DNA of 64,000 nucleotides from an uncultured Oscillospiraceae bacterium (lineage in GTDB: Bacteria > Bacillota > Clostridia > Oscillospirales > Oscillospiraceae), in assembly GCA_910584045.1 (NCBI GenBank), contig CAJTYO010000008.1, positions 1,838 through 65,837 of the forward strand, given 5' to 3'. This document shows, piece after piece, positions 36,779 through 45,992 of the stretch. The notes beneath the pieces are model-generated. The model was not told where the DNA came from and ran no database searches. It saw only the letters and a program-made list of their open reading frames with translations. Both the position numbers and the translations under genes were made by a program. Every line of letters starts with the position of its first letter. Position 1 is the first letter of the stretch.

Positions 36779-37819
36779 CTATTGCTCCTGCTTCTTCTGG
36801 TACAGCGCCCGCCGGGCTCTGGCCCAGTCGGGCTTGTTCTCCTGGCGCACCCGGGAAATGGCCAGGGCGTCGGGCTCCACGTCTCTGGTGACAGTGGCGC
36901 CGGCGGCGATATACGCCCCCGCCCCCACCGTCACAGGGGGAACCAGATTGGTGTTGCAGCCGATGAACGCGCCGTCGCCGATGACGGTGCGGTGCTTCCT
37001 GAATCCGTCATAATTGGAGGTGATGGTGCCACAGCCGAAGTTTACCCCCGCCCCCACGTCGGCGTCGCCCACATACGTGAGGTGGCTCATCTTGGCGTCC
37101 GGACCGAAGACCGCGTTCTTGATCTCCACATACGCCCCCACCTTGCACCCGTCCCCCACCTGACAGTGGGGCCGGACGTGGGCAAAGGGCCCCACATGCA
37201 CATTCCTGCCCAGAACGCTCTCGTAAACCTGGGAGGCGTTGACCACACAGCCGCTGCCGATCTCGCAGTCCACCACCATGGCGTTGGGGCCAATCTCGCA
37301 GTTCTCCCCCACCACCGTGTTCCCCCTCAAAATGGTCCCCGGCAACAGCACGGTGCCCGCGCCGATGGTTACCCGTGGATCGATGTAGGTGTTGTCGATG
37401 TCCACCACCTTCACGCCGGTGCGCTGGTGGTACATGACGATCTTCTCCCGCACAGCCCTCTGCAGCTGCACTAGCTCCGGCACGCTGTAGAAGGTGAGCA
37501 TCATGCTGCCCACCGGCAGCATGGCCTCGTGGATCTCCTCGATCCAGCAGCCGTGGGCGAACTCGCCGATGTCCCGGCGGTAGTCCTCCTCGGTGCCGGC
37601 CACCGCTGCGGCCCCCTCTGGGAAGCAGGCGGCCGCCTCCTCCATATCCTCGCTATCACAAACAACAAAAAAGCGCCGGACGCCCTTTTTTATCCACGCC
37701 CGCATACACCAATTTAATACGGGACAAAATAGCACGTCCTGCAGCATCAGGGGTTTTCCATTATAGGTCTCCGCTGTGTCCTCCGTCAAAAAAACAACAA
37801 TACATTTCTTGTTCTCCAT
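36779..37819 (-). CDS. glmU: GlmU-like protein: intact left-handed beta-helix acetyltransferase domain, degenerate and truncated N-terminal nucleotidyltransferase domain
   Basis: C-terminal hexapeptide repeats and NYDG..KH.T.IGD..FIG.N..LV.PV.VG match GlmU. The N-terminus has IVVFLTEDTAETYNGKP where LAAGKGTRM is expected. Only about 115 aa precede the linker helix. Conserved glmU-prs-pth position. Confidence 0.75.
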   Translation of the reverse strand: MENKKCIVVFLTEDTAETYNGKPLMLQDVLFCPVLNWCMRAWIKKGVRRFFVVCDSEDMEEAAACFPEGAAAVAGTEEDYRRDIGEFAHGCWIEEIHEAMLPVGSMMLTFYSVPELVQLQRAVREKIVMYHQRTGVKVVDIDNTYIDPRVTIGAGTVLLPGTILRGNTVVGENCEIGPNAMVVDCEIGSGCVVNASQVYESVLGRNVHVGPFAHVRPHCQVGDGCKVGAYVEIKNAVFGPDAKMSHLTYVGDADVGAGVNFGCGTITSNYDGFRKHRTVIGDGAFIGCNTNLVPPVTVGAGAYIAAGATVTRDVEPDALAISRVRQENKPDWARARRALYQKKQEQ

Positions 37820-38054
37820 CTGGGACGAGCCCCCCTTTCCCTTATACCGTCTATTATACCAGAAGCGGCCATTTATGCAAGCGAAATTTTCCCAAAGCGG
37901 CAAAATTTCAGACCTCCTCCCTCAAGGAACCGCTCCCGCCCACGTTCTATACAATATCCCCCATTGGAAGCGCCGGAAATTGTGCAGTTTCACCGCTCCA
38001 GAAATACCCGGGAAAAGAGATGTAAAATTTTGTGAAGAATTTGCGGCTTAATGC

Positions 38055-38083
38055 TTGAATTTGGAAATGATTTGGTTTACAAT
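38055..38083 (+). promoter_or_regulatory. Promoter upstream of trmL-pgk
   Basis: TTGAAT (38055-38060), 17 nt spacer, TACAAT (38078-38083). Confidence 0.5.
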
Positions 38084-38136
38084 GTACCGGTAAACGCGGA
38101 CCGGCCCCGGCCGGTCCGGGGAAAGGCGGACCGATC

Positions 38137-38667
38137 ATGCTGCACATCGTTCTGGTAGAGCCGGAGATCCCGCCCAACTGCGGCAACATTGCCCGCACCT
38201 GCGCCGCCACCGGCAGCAGTCTGCACCTGGTGGAGCCTTTGGGCTTCGACGTGTCCGACCGGGCAGTGAAGCGAGCCGGCTTGGACTACTGGTCCCTTGT
38301 GGAGGTGACGGTCTATCCGGACCTGCCAGCTCTGTTCGCAGCCCACCCCGAGGCTGGGTGCGATCTATGGCTGGCCACCACCAAAGCCCCTCGGGATTAC
38401 AGCGAGGCCCGATTCTCCCCCGACTGCTGGCTGTTTTTCGGTAAGGAGACGGCGGGCCTGCCCCTCCCATTCCGGGAATCCCACAGAGAGAGGTGCATCC
38501 GTATTCCTATGGTGGACGCGGCCCGCAGCCTGAACCTCGCCAACAGCGCCGCCGTACTCATTTACGAGGCGCTCCGGCAGAACGGCTTTCCAGGCCTACT
38601 GGAGGTGGGCGAGATGGGCTCCTCCGCAAATCATCCTACCAATCAGACTATTTCATATATTGTTTGA
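38137..38667 (+). CDS. trmL: tRNA (cytidine/uridine-34 2'-O)-methyltransferase (SpoU/TrmL)
   Basis: HIVLVEPEIPPNCGNIARTCAATG..LHLV.PLGF, FGKETAGL, IPM....RSLNL.NSAA...YEALRQ. Confidence 0.9.
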   Translation: MLHIVLVEPEIPPNCGNIARTCAATGSSLHLVEPLGFDVSDRAVKRAGLDYWSLVEVTVYPDLPALFAAHPEAGCDLWLATTKAPRDYSEARFSPDCWLFFGKETAGLPLPFRESHRERCIRIPMVDAARSLNLANSAAVLIYEALRQNGFPGLLEVGEMGSSANHPTNQTISYIV

Positions 38668-38685
38668 AAGGAGAAATCAGAACAC

Positions 38686-39963
38686 ATGAACTACAACAAA
38701 AAAACGGTGAAGGATGTTGACGTCAAGGGCAAGAAGGTTTTGCTCCGCTGCGACTTCAACGTCCCCCAGGACAAGGCCACCGGGGCCATCACGGATGACA
38801 AGCGCATCCGCGCGGCCCTGCCCACCATCCAGTATCTGCTGGACCAGGGCGCGGCGGTCATTGCCTGCTCCCACCTGGGTAAACCTGAGCCCAGCTTCGA
38901 CAAGTGGGTGAAAAAGCAGAGCGAAAAGGGCAAAGACCCCGCCTCCCTCACCAGGGAGAAGTGGGAAAAGACCCTGGAGGCGCTCTGCATGGAGCCTGTG
39001 GCAAAGCGTCTGAGCGAGCTGCTGGGCAAAAACGTCATCCTGTCAGGCGACGTGGTTGGCCCCGACGCCCAAGCCAAGGCCGCCGCGCTGCAGTCTGGCG
39101 AGATCATGTTGCTCCAGAACACTCGTTTCGAGAAAGGTGAAACCAAGAACGATCCCGAGCTGGCCAAGGCCATGGCCGGTCTGACCGGGGCCGACGGCGT
39201 GTATGTGTCCGACGCTTTCGGTGCGGTCCACCGGGCTCACGCCTCCACCGCCGGCGTGGCGGCCTACCTGCCTGCCGTCTCCGGCTTCCTGATCCAGAAG
39301 GAACTGGAGTTTATTGGCGGCGCCCTGGCCGACCCCAAGCGGCCTTTGGTCGCCATTCTGGGCGGGGCAAAGGTGAGCTCCAAGATCGGCGTCATCAACA
39401 ACCTGCTGGAGATCGCCGACATCATCATCATCGGCGGCGGCATGGCCTACACCTTTGCCAAGGCCCAGGGCGGCACCGTAGGCGACAGCCTGCTGGAGAG
39501 CGACTGGTTGGACTACTGCAACGAGATGATCTCCAAGGCACAGTCCAAGGGCGTGAAGCTCCTGCTGCCGCTGGACACCGTGATTGCCGACAAGTTCGCC
39601 CCCGACGCCAACAGCCAGGTGGTCAAAAACGGCCAGATTCCCGACGGCTGGCAGGGGTTGGATATCGGGCCCGAGACAGTCAAGGCATACTGCGAGGCCG
39701 TACGGGACGCCGGTACGGTCATCTGGAACGGCCCCATGGGCGTGTTCGAGTTTGATAAGTTCGCCGTGGGGACCAAGGCCGTGGCCGAGGCCCTGAGCAA
39801 GACCTCCGCTATCACCATCATCGGCGGCGGCGACAGCGCTGCGGCTGTGCAGCAGCTGGGATATGCCGATCAGATGACCCATATCTCCACTGGCGGCGGC
39901 GCCTCTCTGGAGTTTATGGAGGGCAAGGAGCTGCCCGGCGTGGCCTGCCTGTTGGACAAGTAA
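38686..39963 (+). CDS. pgk: Phosphoglycerate kinase (with an insertion of about 25 aa after the SHLG motif)
   Basis: [73 protein letters not shown]. Confidence 0.95.
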   Translation: MNYNKKTVKDVDVKGKKVLLRCDFNVPQDKATGAITDDKRIRAALPTIQYLLDQGAAVIACSHLGKPEPSFDKWVKKQSEKGKDPASLTREKWEKTLEALCMEPVAKRLSELLGKNVILSGDVVGPDAQAKAAALQSGEIMLLQNTRFEKGETKNDPELAKAMAGLTGADGVYVSDAFGAVHRAHASTAGVAAYLPAVSGFLIQKELEFIGGALADPKRPLVAILGGAKVSSKIGVINNLLEIADIIIIGGGMAYTFAKAQGGTVGDSLLESDWLDYCNEMISKAQSKGVKLLLPLDTVIADKFAPDANSQVVKNGQIPDGWQGLDIGPETVKAYCEAVRDAGTVIWNGPMGVFEFDKFAVGTKAVAEALSKTSAITIIGGGDSAAAVQQLGYADQMTHISTGGGASLEFMEGKELPGVACLLDK

Positions 39964-40093
39964 GCCTTTGGAGGCGGACAGCCTCCGCCCATCAAGCGTC
40001 CCTTTGATATTTTTCAGCGGGCTAACGCACGGAGGAAAAGTGACTCATTTTTATTAGCCTACTATTATATATTGTAACAGGAGAAAGATCGTC

Positions 40094-40867
40094 ATGAACC
40101 GTAGATACCGCAAAACCATTATCGCCGGCAACTGGAAGATGAACAAGACCGCCACCGAGACCAAGAAATTTGCTGAGGAGATCAAGCCCATCCTGCCCCG
40201 CGCCAAGTGGTGCGAGGTGGTGGTGTGCGTCCCCTTCGTCAATATTCCTGCCGCTCTGAAGGCCTTTAAGGATATGCGGGTGGCCGTGGGCGCGGAGAAC
40301 TTGTACTTCGAGCCCAATGGGGCCTACACCGGCGAGGTGGCCGCTGATATGCTCAAGGATCTGGGCGTAAAGTATGTCATCATCGGCCACTCCGAGCGCC
40401 GTCAGTACTTCGGCGAAACCGACATCACCGTCAACAAAAAGGTCCTTGCAGCCCTGGAGGCCGGCCTGCATCCCATCATCTGTGTGGGCGAGAGCCTGGA
40501 GCAGCGGGAGATGGGCGTGACCATGGAGCTCATCGCCCTGCAGGTCAAGAGCGCCCTGTCCGGCGTGGCGCCGGAAAAGGTACGCAAGTGTGTGGTCGCT
40601 TATGAGCCCATTTGGGCCATCGGCACCGGCAAAACCGCCACTGCCGAGCAGGCTGCCGAGGTCTGTACCGCCATCCGCGCCACCATCCGCAATCTGTATG
40701 GAGCCCGAGTGGCCCGCTCCATCACCATCCAGTACGGTGGCTCCATGAATCCCAAGAACGCCGCGGAGCTGCTGGCCCAGCCCGACGTGGACGGCGGCCT
40801 CATCGGCGGCGCGGCTCTTAAGCCCGACCAGTTTGTGGACATCATCAACGCCGCCAACCAGGAATAA
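40094..40867 (+). CDS. tpiA: Triosephosphate isomerase
   Basis: IAGNWKMN, IIGHSERR, VAYEPIWAIGTG, QYGGS. Confidence 0.95.
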   Translation: MNRRYRKTIIAGNWKMNKTATETKKFAEEIKPILPRAKWCEVVVCVPFVNIPAALKAFKDMRVAVGAENLYFEPNGAYTGEVAADMLKDLGVKYVIIGHSERRQYFGETDITVNKKVLAALEAGLHPIICVGESLEQREMGVTMELIALQVKSALSGVAPEKVRKCVVAYEPIWAIGTGKTATAEQAAEVCTAIRATIRNLYGARVARSITIQYGGSMNPKNAAELLAQPDVDGGLIGGAALKPDQFVDIINAANQE

Positions 40868-40985
40868 CAGCTGGCAAACGCAGTGCGGTATCCGCCGGGG
40901 GCGGATACCGCCTCGTCTGCCCCCGGGGCGCCTGCGCCGGTGAGGGCCTAGGTCCCCCCAAAATGATTGAGAATTCGAGGTCATT

Positions 40986-42494
40986 ATGAACAAAACGCCT
41001 ACAACTTTAATTATTATGGACGGCTTCGGCCTGCGGGACGACTCCGACGGCAACGCGGTGGTCCACGCCAGAACGCCGGTGCTGGATAAGCTGTTCGCCG
41101 AGTGTGAGCACACCACTCTGTCCGCCTCCGGTCTGGACGTGGGTCTGCCCGACGGACAGATGGGCAACAGCGAGGTGGGTCACACCAACATTGGCGGCGG
41201 TCGGGTGGTGTACCAAGATCTGCCTCGGATCACCCGGTCCATCGAGGACGGCAGTTTCTTTGAAAATTCCGCCTACTGTGCCGCTATGAAGGCCTGTCTG
41301 GAAAACGGCAGCTCTCTGCACCTCTACGGTCTGCTCAGCGATGGCGGGGTCCACTCCCACAACACCCATCTATGGGCTCTGCTGAAGATGGCCAAGCTGA
41401 AGGGGCTGACACGGGTGTATATCCACGCCTTTCTGGATGGCCGGGACGTCTCCCCCACCAGCGGCAGGGGCTTTGTGTCCGAGACGGTGGAAAAGTGTAA
41501 GGAGATCGGCGTGGGCAAGATTGCCACCGTGATGGGACGCTACTACGCCATGGACCGCGATAAACGCTGGGAGCGGGTAGAGCAGGCCTATGACGCCATG
41601 GTCTACGGCCAGGGCGTACAGAACCCGGACCCGGTGGACGCTGTCGCCAAAAGCTATGCCAACAACGTGACTGACGAGTTTGTGGAACCCGTGGTCTGCG
41701 ACAGCGAGGGTGTCATCAGCGACAACGACAGCATCATTTTCTTCAATTTCCGCCCCGACCGGGCGCGTGAGATCACCCGGGTGTTCGTTGACCCGGAGTT
41801 TGACGGATTCCAGCGTGAGATTTTCCCCCTGACCTATGTGTGCACTACCGAGTACGACGCCACCATGCCCAACGTTCAGGTAGCCTTCCCCCGTATCCGG
41901 GTTGCCAACGGTCTGGGCGAATATCTCAGCACCATGGGCATGACGCAGCTGCGCATTGCCGAAACGGAGAAGTACGCCCATGTCACCTTTTTCTTCAATG
42001 GCGGCGTAGAGGCCGTGTTCCCCGGCGAGGACCGGGTTCTGGTGGCCTCTCCCAAGGTGGCCACCTATGATCTGCAGCCAGAGATGAGCGCCGTTGAGGT
42101 GACCGACAGATGTGTGGAGCGCATTGAGTCCGGGAATTACGATGTTATCATCCTCAATTTCGCCAACTGCGATATGGTGGGCCATACCGGAGTGTATGAA
42201 GCTGCGGTGAAGGCCGTGGAGACAGTGGATACCTGCGTGGGCCGCGTAGTGGATGCCACCAGGGCCATGGGCGGCATCGCCATGATCACCGCCGACCATG
42301 GCAACGCCGAAGAGATGCGCAAGTCCGACGGTTCCCCCATGACCGCTCATACCACCAATCTGGTGCCCTTTATTCTTGTGGGCGCGGATGCAAAGCTTCA
42401 TCCGGGCCGTCTGGCGGACATCGCCCCCACCATTCTGGATATTATGGGTTTGGAGCGCCCGCCCGAAATGGATGGGAAGAGTTTAATCGATTGA
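40986..42494 (+). CDS. gpmI: 2,3-bisphosphoglycerate-independent phosphoglycerate mutase (bacterial iPGM)
   Basis: LIIMDGFG, MGNSEVGH.N.G.GR, SDGGVHSH, FLDGRD, NFANCDMVGHTG, ITADHGNAE. Confidence 0.95.
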   Translation: MNKTPTTLIIMDGFGLRDDSDGNAVVHARTPVLDKLFAECEHTTLSASGLDVGLPDGQMGNSEVGHTNIGGGRVVYQDLPRITRSIEDGSFFENSAYCAAMKACLENGSSLHLYGLLSDGGVHSHNTHLWALLKMAKLKGLTRVYIHAFLDGRDVSPTSGRGFVSETVEKCKEIGVGKIATVMGRYYAMDRDKRWERVEQAYDAMVYGQGVQNPDPVDAVAKSYANNVTDEFVEPVVCDSEGVISDNDSIIFFNFRPDRAREITRVFVDPEFDGFQREIFPLTYVCTTEYDATMPNVQVAFPRIRVANGLGEYLSTMGMTQLRIAETEKYAHVTFFFNGGVEAVFPGEDRVLVASPKVATYDLQPEMSAVEVTDRCVERIESGNYDVIILNFANCDMVGHTGVYEAAVKAVETVDTCVGRVVDATRAMGGIAMITADHGNAEEMRKSDGSPMTAHTTNLVPFILVGADAKLHPGRLADIAPTILDIMGLERPPEMDGKSLID

Positions 42495-42509
42495 TAGAGC
42501 GCTAAGTAC

Positions 42510-42548
42510 GGCGTTCCCCTCTGAAAGGAGAGGGGAACGCCTCTTTTT
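42510..42548 (+). terminator. Intrinsic terminator after gpmI
   Basis: Perfect 13-bp stem ggcgttcccctct / agaggggaacgcc with a 6-nt loop, then TCTTTTT. Confidence 0.9.
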
Positions 42549-42675
42549 GCGGCCGGACCGGCTGCCTCTGTATAGCGTTCTCTGGTCCATTGAAAGCTGT
42601 GTTCTCTCGCCTTTCGTGAAAATGCCGAAACGCTCACACGGCAACATTTTTAAACGGGGACCTCACTGGACACAC

Positions 42676-42704
42676 TTGCCAACAGGCGCAAGAAATGGTA
42701 TAAT
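42676..42704 (+). promoter_or_regulatory. Promoter of the binding-protein/MCP pair
   Basis: TTGCCA (42676-42681), 17 nt spacer, TATAAT (42699-42704). Confidence 0.55.
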
Positions 42705-42735
42705 CTCCTCCGGAATTTGAGGAGGAGGCACGACA

Positions 42736-43977
42736 ATGAACATGAAAAGGAATTGGACGCTTCTGGCCCTATGCGCGGTTCTCACCCTGACCGCCTGCAG
42801 CAGACAGACGCAAGGGGAAGAAAACATGGAGCCGGAGCCCACCTATGAAACGGTTGAGCTGACCGTATGGGGGGCGGAGGAGGACGAGGCCCTGTTAGAG
42901 GAGCTGTTCGCCTCCTTCCAGAACCGATATGCCGGTGAGGCCAGCATCCGCATTACCTATCACCCCCAGAGTGAATCCAACTGCAAAGACGCAATGCTCG
43001 CGGACCTGGAACAGGGGGCAGATGTGTTCGCCTTTGCTGACGACCAGCTGGCCGCCCTAGCCGCCGCCGGTGCGCTAGACCCTATTGAGGACTCGGATGC
43101 CATCCGAGATGCAAATCTGCCCACAGCGGTGGAGGCCGCTTCCGTGGCCGGCACACTGTACGCCTATCCCCTGACAGCAGACAACGGCTATTTTCTCTAC
43201 TATAACAAGGCCTATTTCTCCGAGGAGGATGTTCAAAGCCTGGAGCGGATGCTGGCTGTCGCAGAGGAGCGGGAGCGGCTGGTATCTATGGACTGGTCCT
43301 CCGCTTGGTACGTATACGCCTTTTTCGGCAACACCGGACTGACGGTTGGACTACAGGAGGATGGTCTGACCAATTACTGTACATGGAACAGCACGGAAGG
43401 TCCCATCTGGGGCACAGACGTAGCCCGGTCCATGCTGAATGTGGCGGCCAGCCCCGCCTTTTCGAACCGACCGGACACAGAGTTCCTGCGCGGGGTGCGT
43501 GACGGCTCTGTCATCGCCGGGATCAGTGGCGTGTGGAACGCGGTGGCTGTTGAGGAGATTTGGGGCGCAAACACTGGAGCGGCCAAGCTCCCCTCCTTTA
43601 CCTGCCGGGGACAACAGGTACAAATGGCGTCCTTCTCCGGCTGTAAACTCATCGGCGTGAACGCCTACTCCAAACATCCGGTCTGGGCAACGCGGCTGGC
43701 GGAGTGGATCACCAGTGAGGAGAGTCAGACCCTCCGCTTCCAGCTGAGGGGACAGGGTCCGTCCAACATCCTCGCCGCTGAATCGCCAGAGGTGCAGGCT
43801 TCCCCGGCAATCCTTGCCCTTCTGGCCCAGTCGGAGTTCTCTCAGCTCCAGCGGGTCGGCGGCAAATTCTGGGAGCCGGTACAGGTCTTCTCTGCCAGTA
43901 TGGCGGCAGGCAATCCCGGCGGAGTCCCCCTGCAGGAGCAGCTGGACCGGATGGTGGAGGGCGTTACCGCCCGATAG
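42736..43977 (+). CDS. Extracellular solute-binding lipoprotein (family 1, sugar/maltodextrin type) without adjacent permease or ATPase genes
   Basis: Lipobox LTLTAC. LTVWGAEEDEALL...FA.DQL...GAL..I. is the pattern of SBP_bac_1/8 proteins. 413 aa. Confidence 0.8.
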   Translation: MNMKRNWTLLALCAVLTLTACSRQTQGEENMEPEPTYETVELTVWGAEEDEALLEELFASFQNRYAGEASIRITYHPQSESNCKDAMLADLEQGADVFAFADDQLAALAAAGALDPIEDSDAIRDANLPTAVEAASVAGTLYAYPLTADNGYFLYYNKAYFSEEDVQSLERMLAVAEERERLVSMDWSSAWYVYAFFGNTGLTVGLQEDGLTNYCTWNSTEGPIWGTDVARSMLNVAASPAFSNRPDTEFLRGVRDGSVIAGISGVWNAVAVEEIWGANTGAAKLPSFTCRGQQVQMASFSGCKLIGVNAYSKHPVWATRLAEWITSEESQTLRFQLRGQGPSNILAAESPEVQASPAILALLAQSEFSQLQRVGGKFWEPVQVFSASMAAGNPGGVPLQEQLDRMVEGVTAR

Positions 43978-44014
43978 AGATGGGGAACGCCCCAGAAAAA
44001 AATGGAGGGATTCG

Positions 44015-45601
44015 ATGAAAGGCAATCTTACGCTGCGGCAGCGGCTCATTCTACCCGTTATCCTGCTGGGACTGATATCCCTGCTGTCCAATATTTTGGC
44101 GGTCTCCGGCATCAACAGCGTCAATGCCAGCGCTGCAAAAATTGTGGACAACTACATGACCAGTGAGGCGCGGCTGGAGGAAATCCGCCGTTCAATTATG
44201 GATATCCACCGGCTGGCCCTGTCCCACATTGTGGCGGCGGACCACGCCACAATGATCCAGGTGGTAACCGAAATCAAGGCCGAAGAGGCTGCGCTGGAGG
44301 ACAGACTTGCGGACTATGCGCCCTTTGTCTCCGAGGCGGACGGAGATACATACCGCACTCTGCTCTCGGACTACCAGTCCTTTAAACACGCCCTGGTCCG
44401 GCTGGTCTGCGCCAGTGCCGACAGCAAAACCCAGGAGGCCTATGCTCTGGCAAACGGGGACGCAGCCAGCTGGAGCGAGTCCGCAGAGGCGTGCATCGAC
44501 ACGCTTTACGCCTCCGTCAGCGCCCAAGCCGGGGCGGCGCGAAACCACTTGAACGCCGTATATATCACCGCCCTGATTATCAGCACCGCCGCTCTCCTCG
44601 CAGGTATCGCCTTGGTAGCGGCCGCCTTCCGCATTATTCGAAAGTACGTCATCGCCCCTATTCAGGATACGCTGCACACCCTTCAAGACAGCTCGGAGCG
44701 CCTGGGCGGCGTAGTCGGCGAGGTTCGGCGGCGGGTGGAAACCTCCGGCGGCAGCGTTCGAGGCCTATCCGGTCTGATGGAACAGCTGTCCGCCGCCATT
44801 GAGGAGGTAGCTGGCAGCACCGCCGCCATCACCTCCAGCGCCGCAGGCACCCGGGAGGACGCCGCCGCCATGGTGGAGGAGTGCGCTGCTATCACCGCAT
44901 ACTCCGCTGATATGCGCCGCCGCGCAGAGGAGCTGGAGCACTCCGCCGAGAGCTCACGGGACGCCATCCGTTCCCGGACGGAAGAAATTGTTGACTCCCT
45001 CAACGGCGCTATTGAGAAAAGCCGCAGTGTGGATCAGATCGGCGCTCTGACCAAAGATATTCTGGCCATCTCCTCCTCTACGGATCTTATCGCCATCAAC
45101 GCCTCCATCGAGGCTTCCCGGGCAGGAACGGCCGGAAAAGGCTTTGCCGTTGTCGCACAAGAAATCCGGCGGCTGGCCGACTCCTGCGCCGAGACAGCGG
45201 GTCATATCCAGGAGGTCAGCGCAGTGGTCACCGGCGCGGTGCGCTATCTGTCCGACAGTGCCCAGGAACTGGTGGAGTACCTGGGACAGGCGGTGCTCAC
45301 TCAATTTGAGCAGTCAGTACAGTCCGGGCGGCAGTACCGGGAGGACGCCGCCTATGTCGCCCATGCTATGGACGACTTTAACAGCCGGACAGACCGGCTG
45401 CAAGCCGCCATGGCGGAGATTGCCGGGTCTATCTCCAGCATTTCCGGCGCGATCGACGGCGCAGCCTCCGGCATCACCGGAGTGGCCGGCAATGCGCGCA
45501 GCCTGGCGGACGATATGGCCGGCATCACAGCCCGCATGGATACAAATCAGGAGATTGTGGGCGAGCTTCAGGGTCAAATGGACGTATTTGCCAACTTGTA
45601 A
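44015..45601 (+). CDS. Methyl-accepting chemotaxis protein (4-helix-bundle sensor)
   Basis: TM1, about 160 aa helical ectodomain, TM2. Highly conserved signalling hairpin IAINASIEASRAGTAGKGFAVVAQEIRRLA. Start moved to the ATG at 44015. Confidence 0.9.
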   Translation: MKGNLTLRQRLILPVILLGLISLLSNILAVSGINSVNASAAKIVDNYMTSEARLEEIRRSIMDIHRLALSHIVAADHATMIQVVTEIKAEEAALEDRLADYAPFVSEADGDTYRTLLSDYQSFKHALVRLVCASADSKTQEAYALANGDAASWSESAEACIDTLYASVSAQAGAARNHLNAVYITALIISTAALLAGIALVAAAFRIIRKYVIAPIQDTLHTLQDSSERLGGVVGEVRRRVETSGGSVRGLSGLMEQLSAAIEEVAGSTAAITSSAAGTREDAAAMVEECAAITAYSADMRRRAEELEHSAESSRDAIRSRTEEIVDSLNGAIEKSRSVDQIGALTKDILAISSSTDLIAINASIEASRAGTAGKGFAVVAQEIRRLADSCAETAGHIQEVSAVVTGAVRYLSDSAQELVEYLGQAVLTQFEQSVQSGRQYREDAAYVAHAMDDFNSRTDRLQAAMAEIAGSISSISGAIDGAASGITGVAGNARSLADDMAGITARMDTNQEIVGELQGQMDVFANL

Positions 45602-45931
45602 TGACATCAGTAAAATAGGAAGGTCTGTTTCTTACCGGCCTCCCTATTTTATCTTTTGTGCCGGAAATATCCACTTCCTCTGCCGCCAGGGTATATACGC
45701 CGAGCTTCGCTCTTCTGACCGGATTGAAAATATCCCCTTCTCGCCTCGGCTGCCAGTACGAACGATTCTCTCAGAATTGTCGAGACAAAACCAGGAAAAT
45801 TCCTCAGATAACATAACTGCCACATCCTCTTTGCCTATTTCTTACATAAAAGTACAGTTTTTACAAAATACTTAAAAATAATTGATACTGTACAACCATG
45901 TACAGGGCGCAAAAAATACGCCAGTTTCTTA

Positions 45932-45960
45932 TTGAAAGGGAAAGGAAAATAAGGTATAAT
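45932..45960 (+). promoter_or_regulatory. Promoter upstream of the apgM-like gene
   Basis: TTGAAA (45932-45937), 17 nt spacer, TATAAT (45955-45960). Confidence 0.55.
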
Positions 45961-45992
45961 AGACATAATCATCCATAAGGAGGAGCTGTTTT

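Noticed and set aside
35915-37474. 519-aa ORF on the plus strand
   Set aside because: It is antisense to prs and the glmU-like gene. The sequence is His/Gly/Val/Arg-rich with no motifs. Shadow ORF.
40022-41167. 381-aa ORF on the minus strand (and the 343-aa ORF at 41370..42401)
   Set aside because: They are antisense to tpiA and gpmI, which are unmistakable.
45760-45930. Three TGTAC(A)-containing boxes (GTACAGT...ACTGTAC...ATGTACAG) upstream of the apgM-like promoter
   Set aside because: These are short motifs in AT-rich DNA, and chance occurrence is plausible. I could identify no regulator to link them to. They are kept only as a note.
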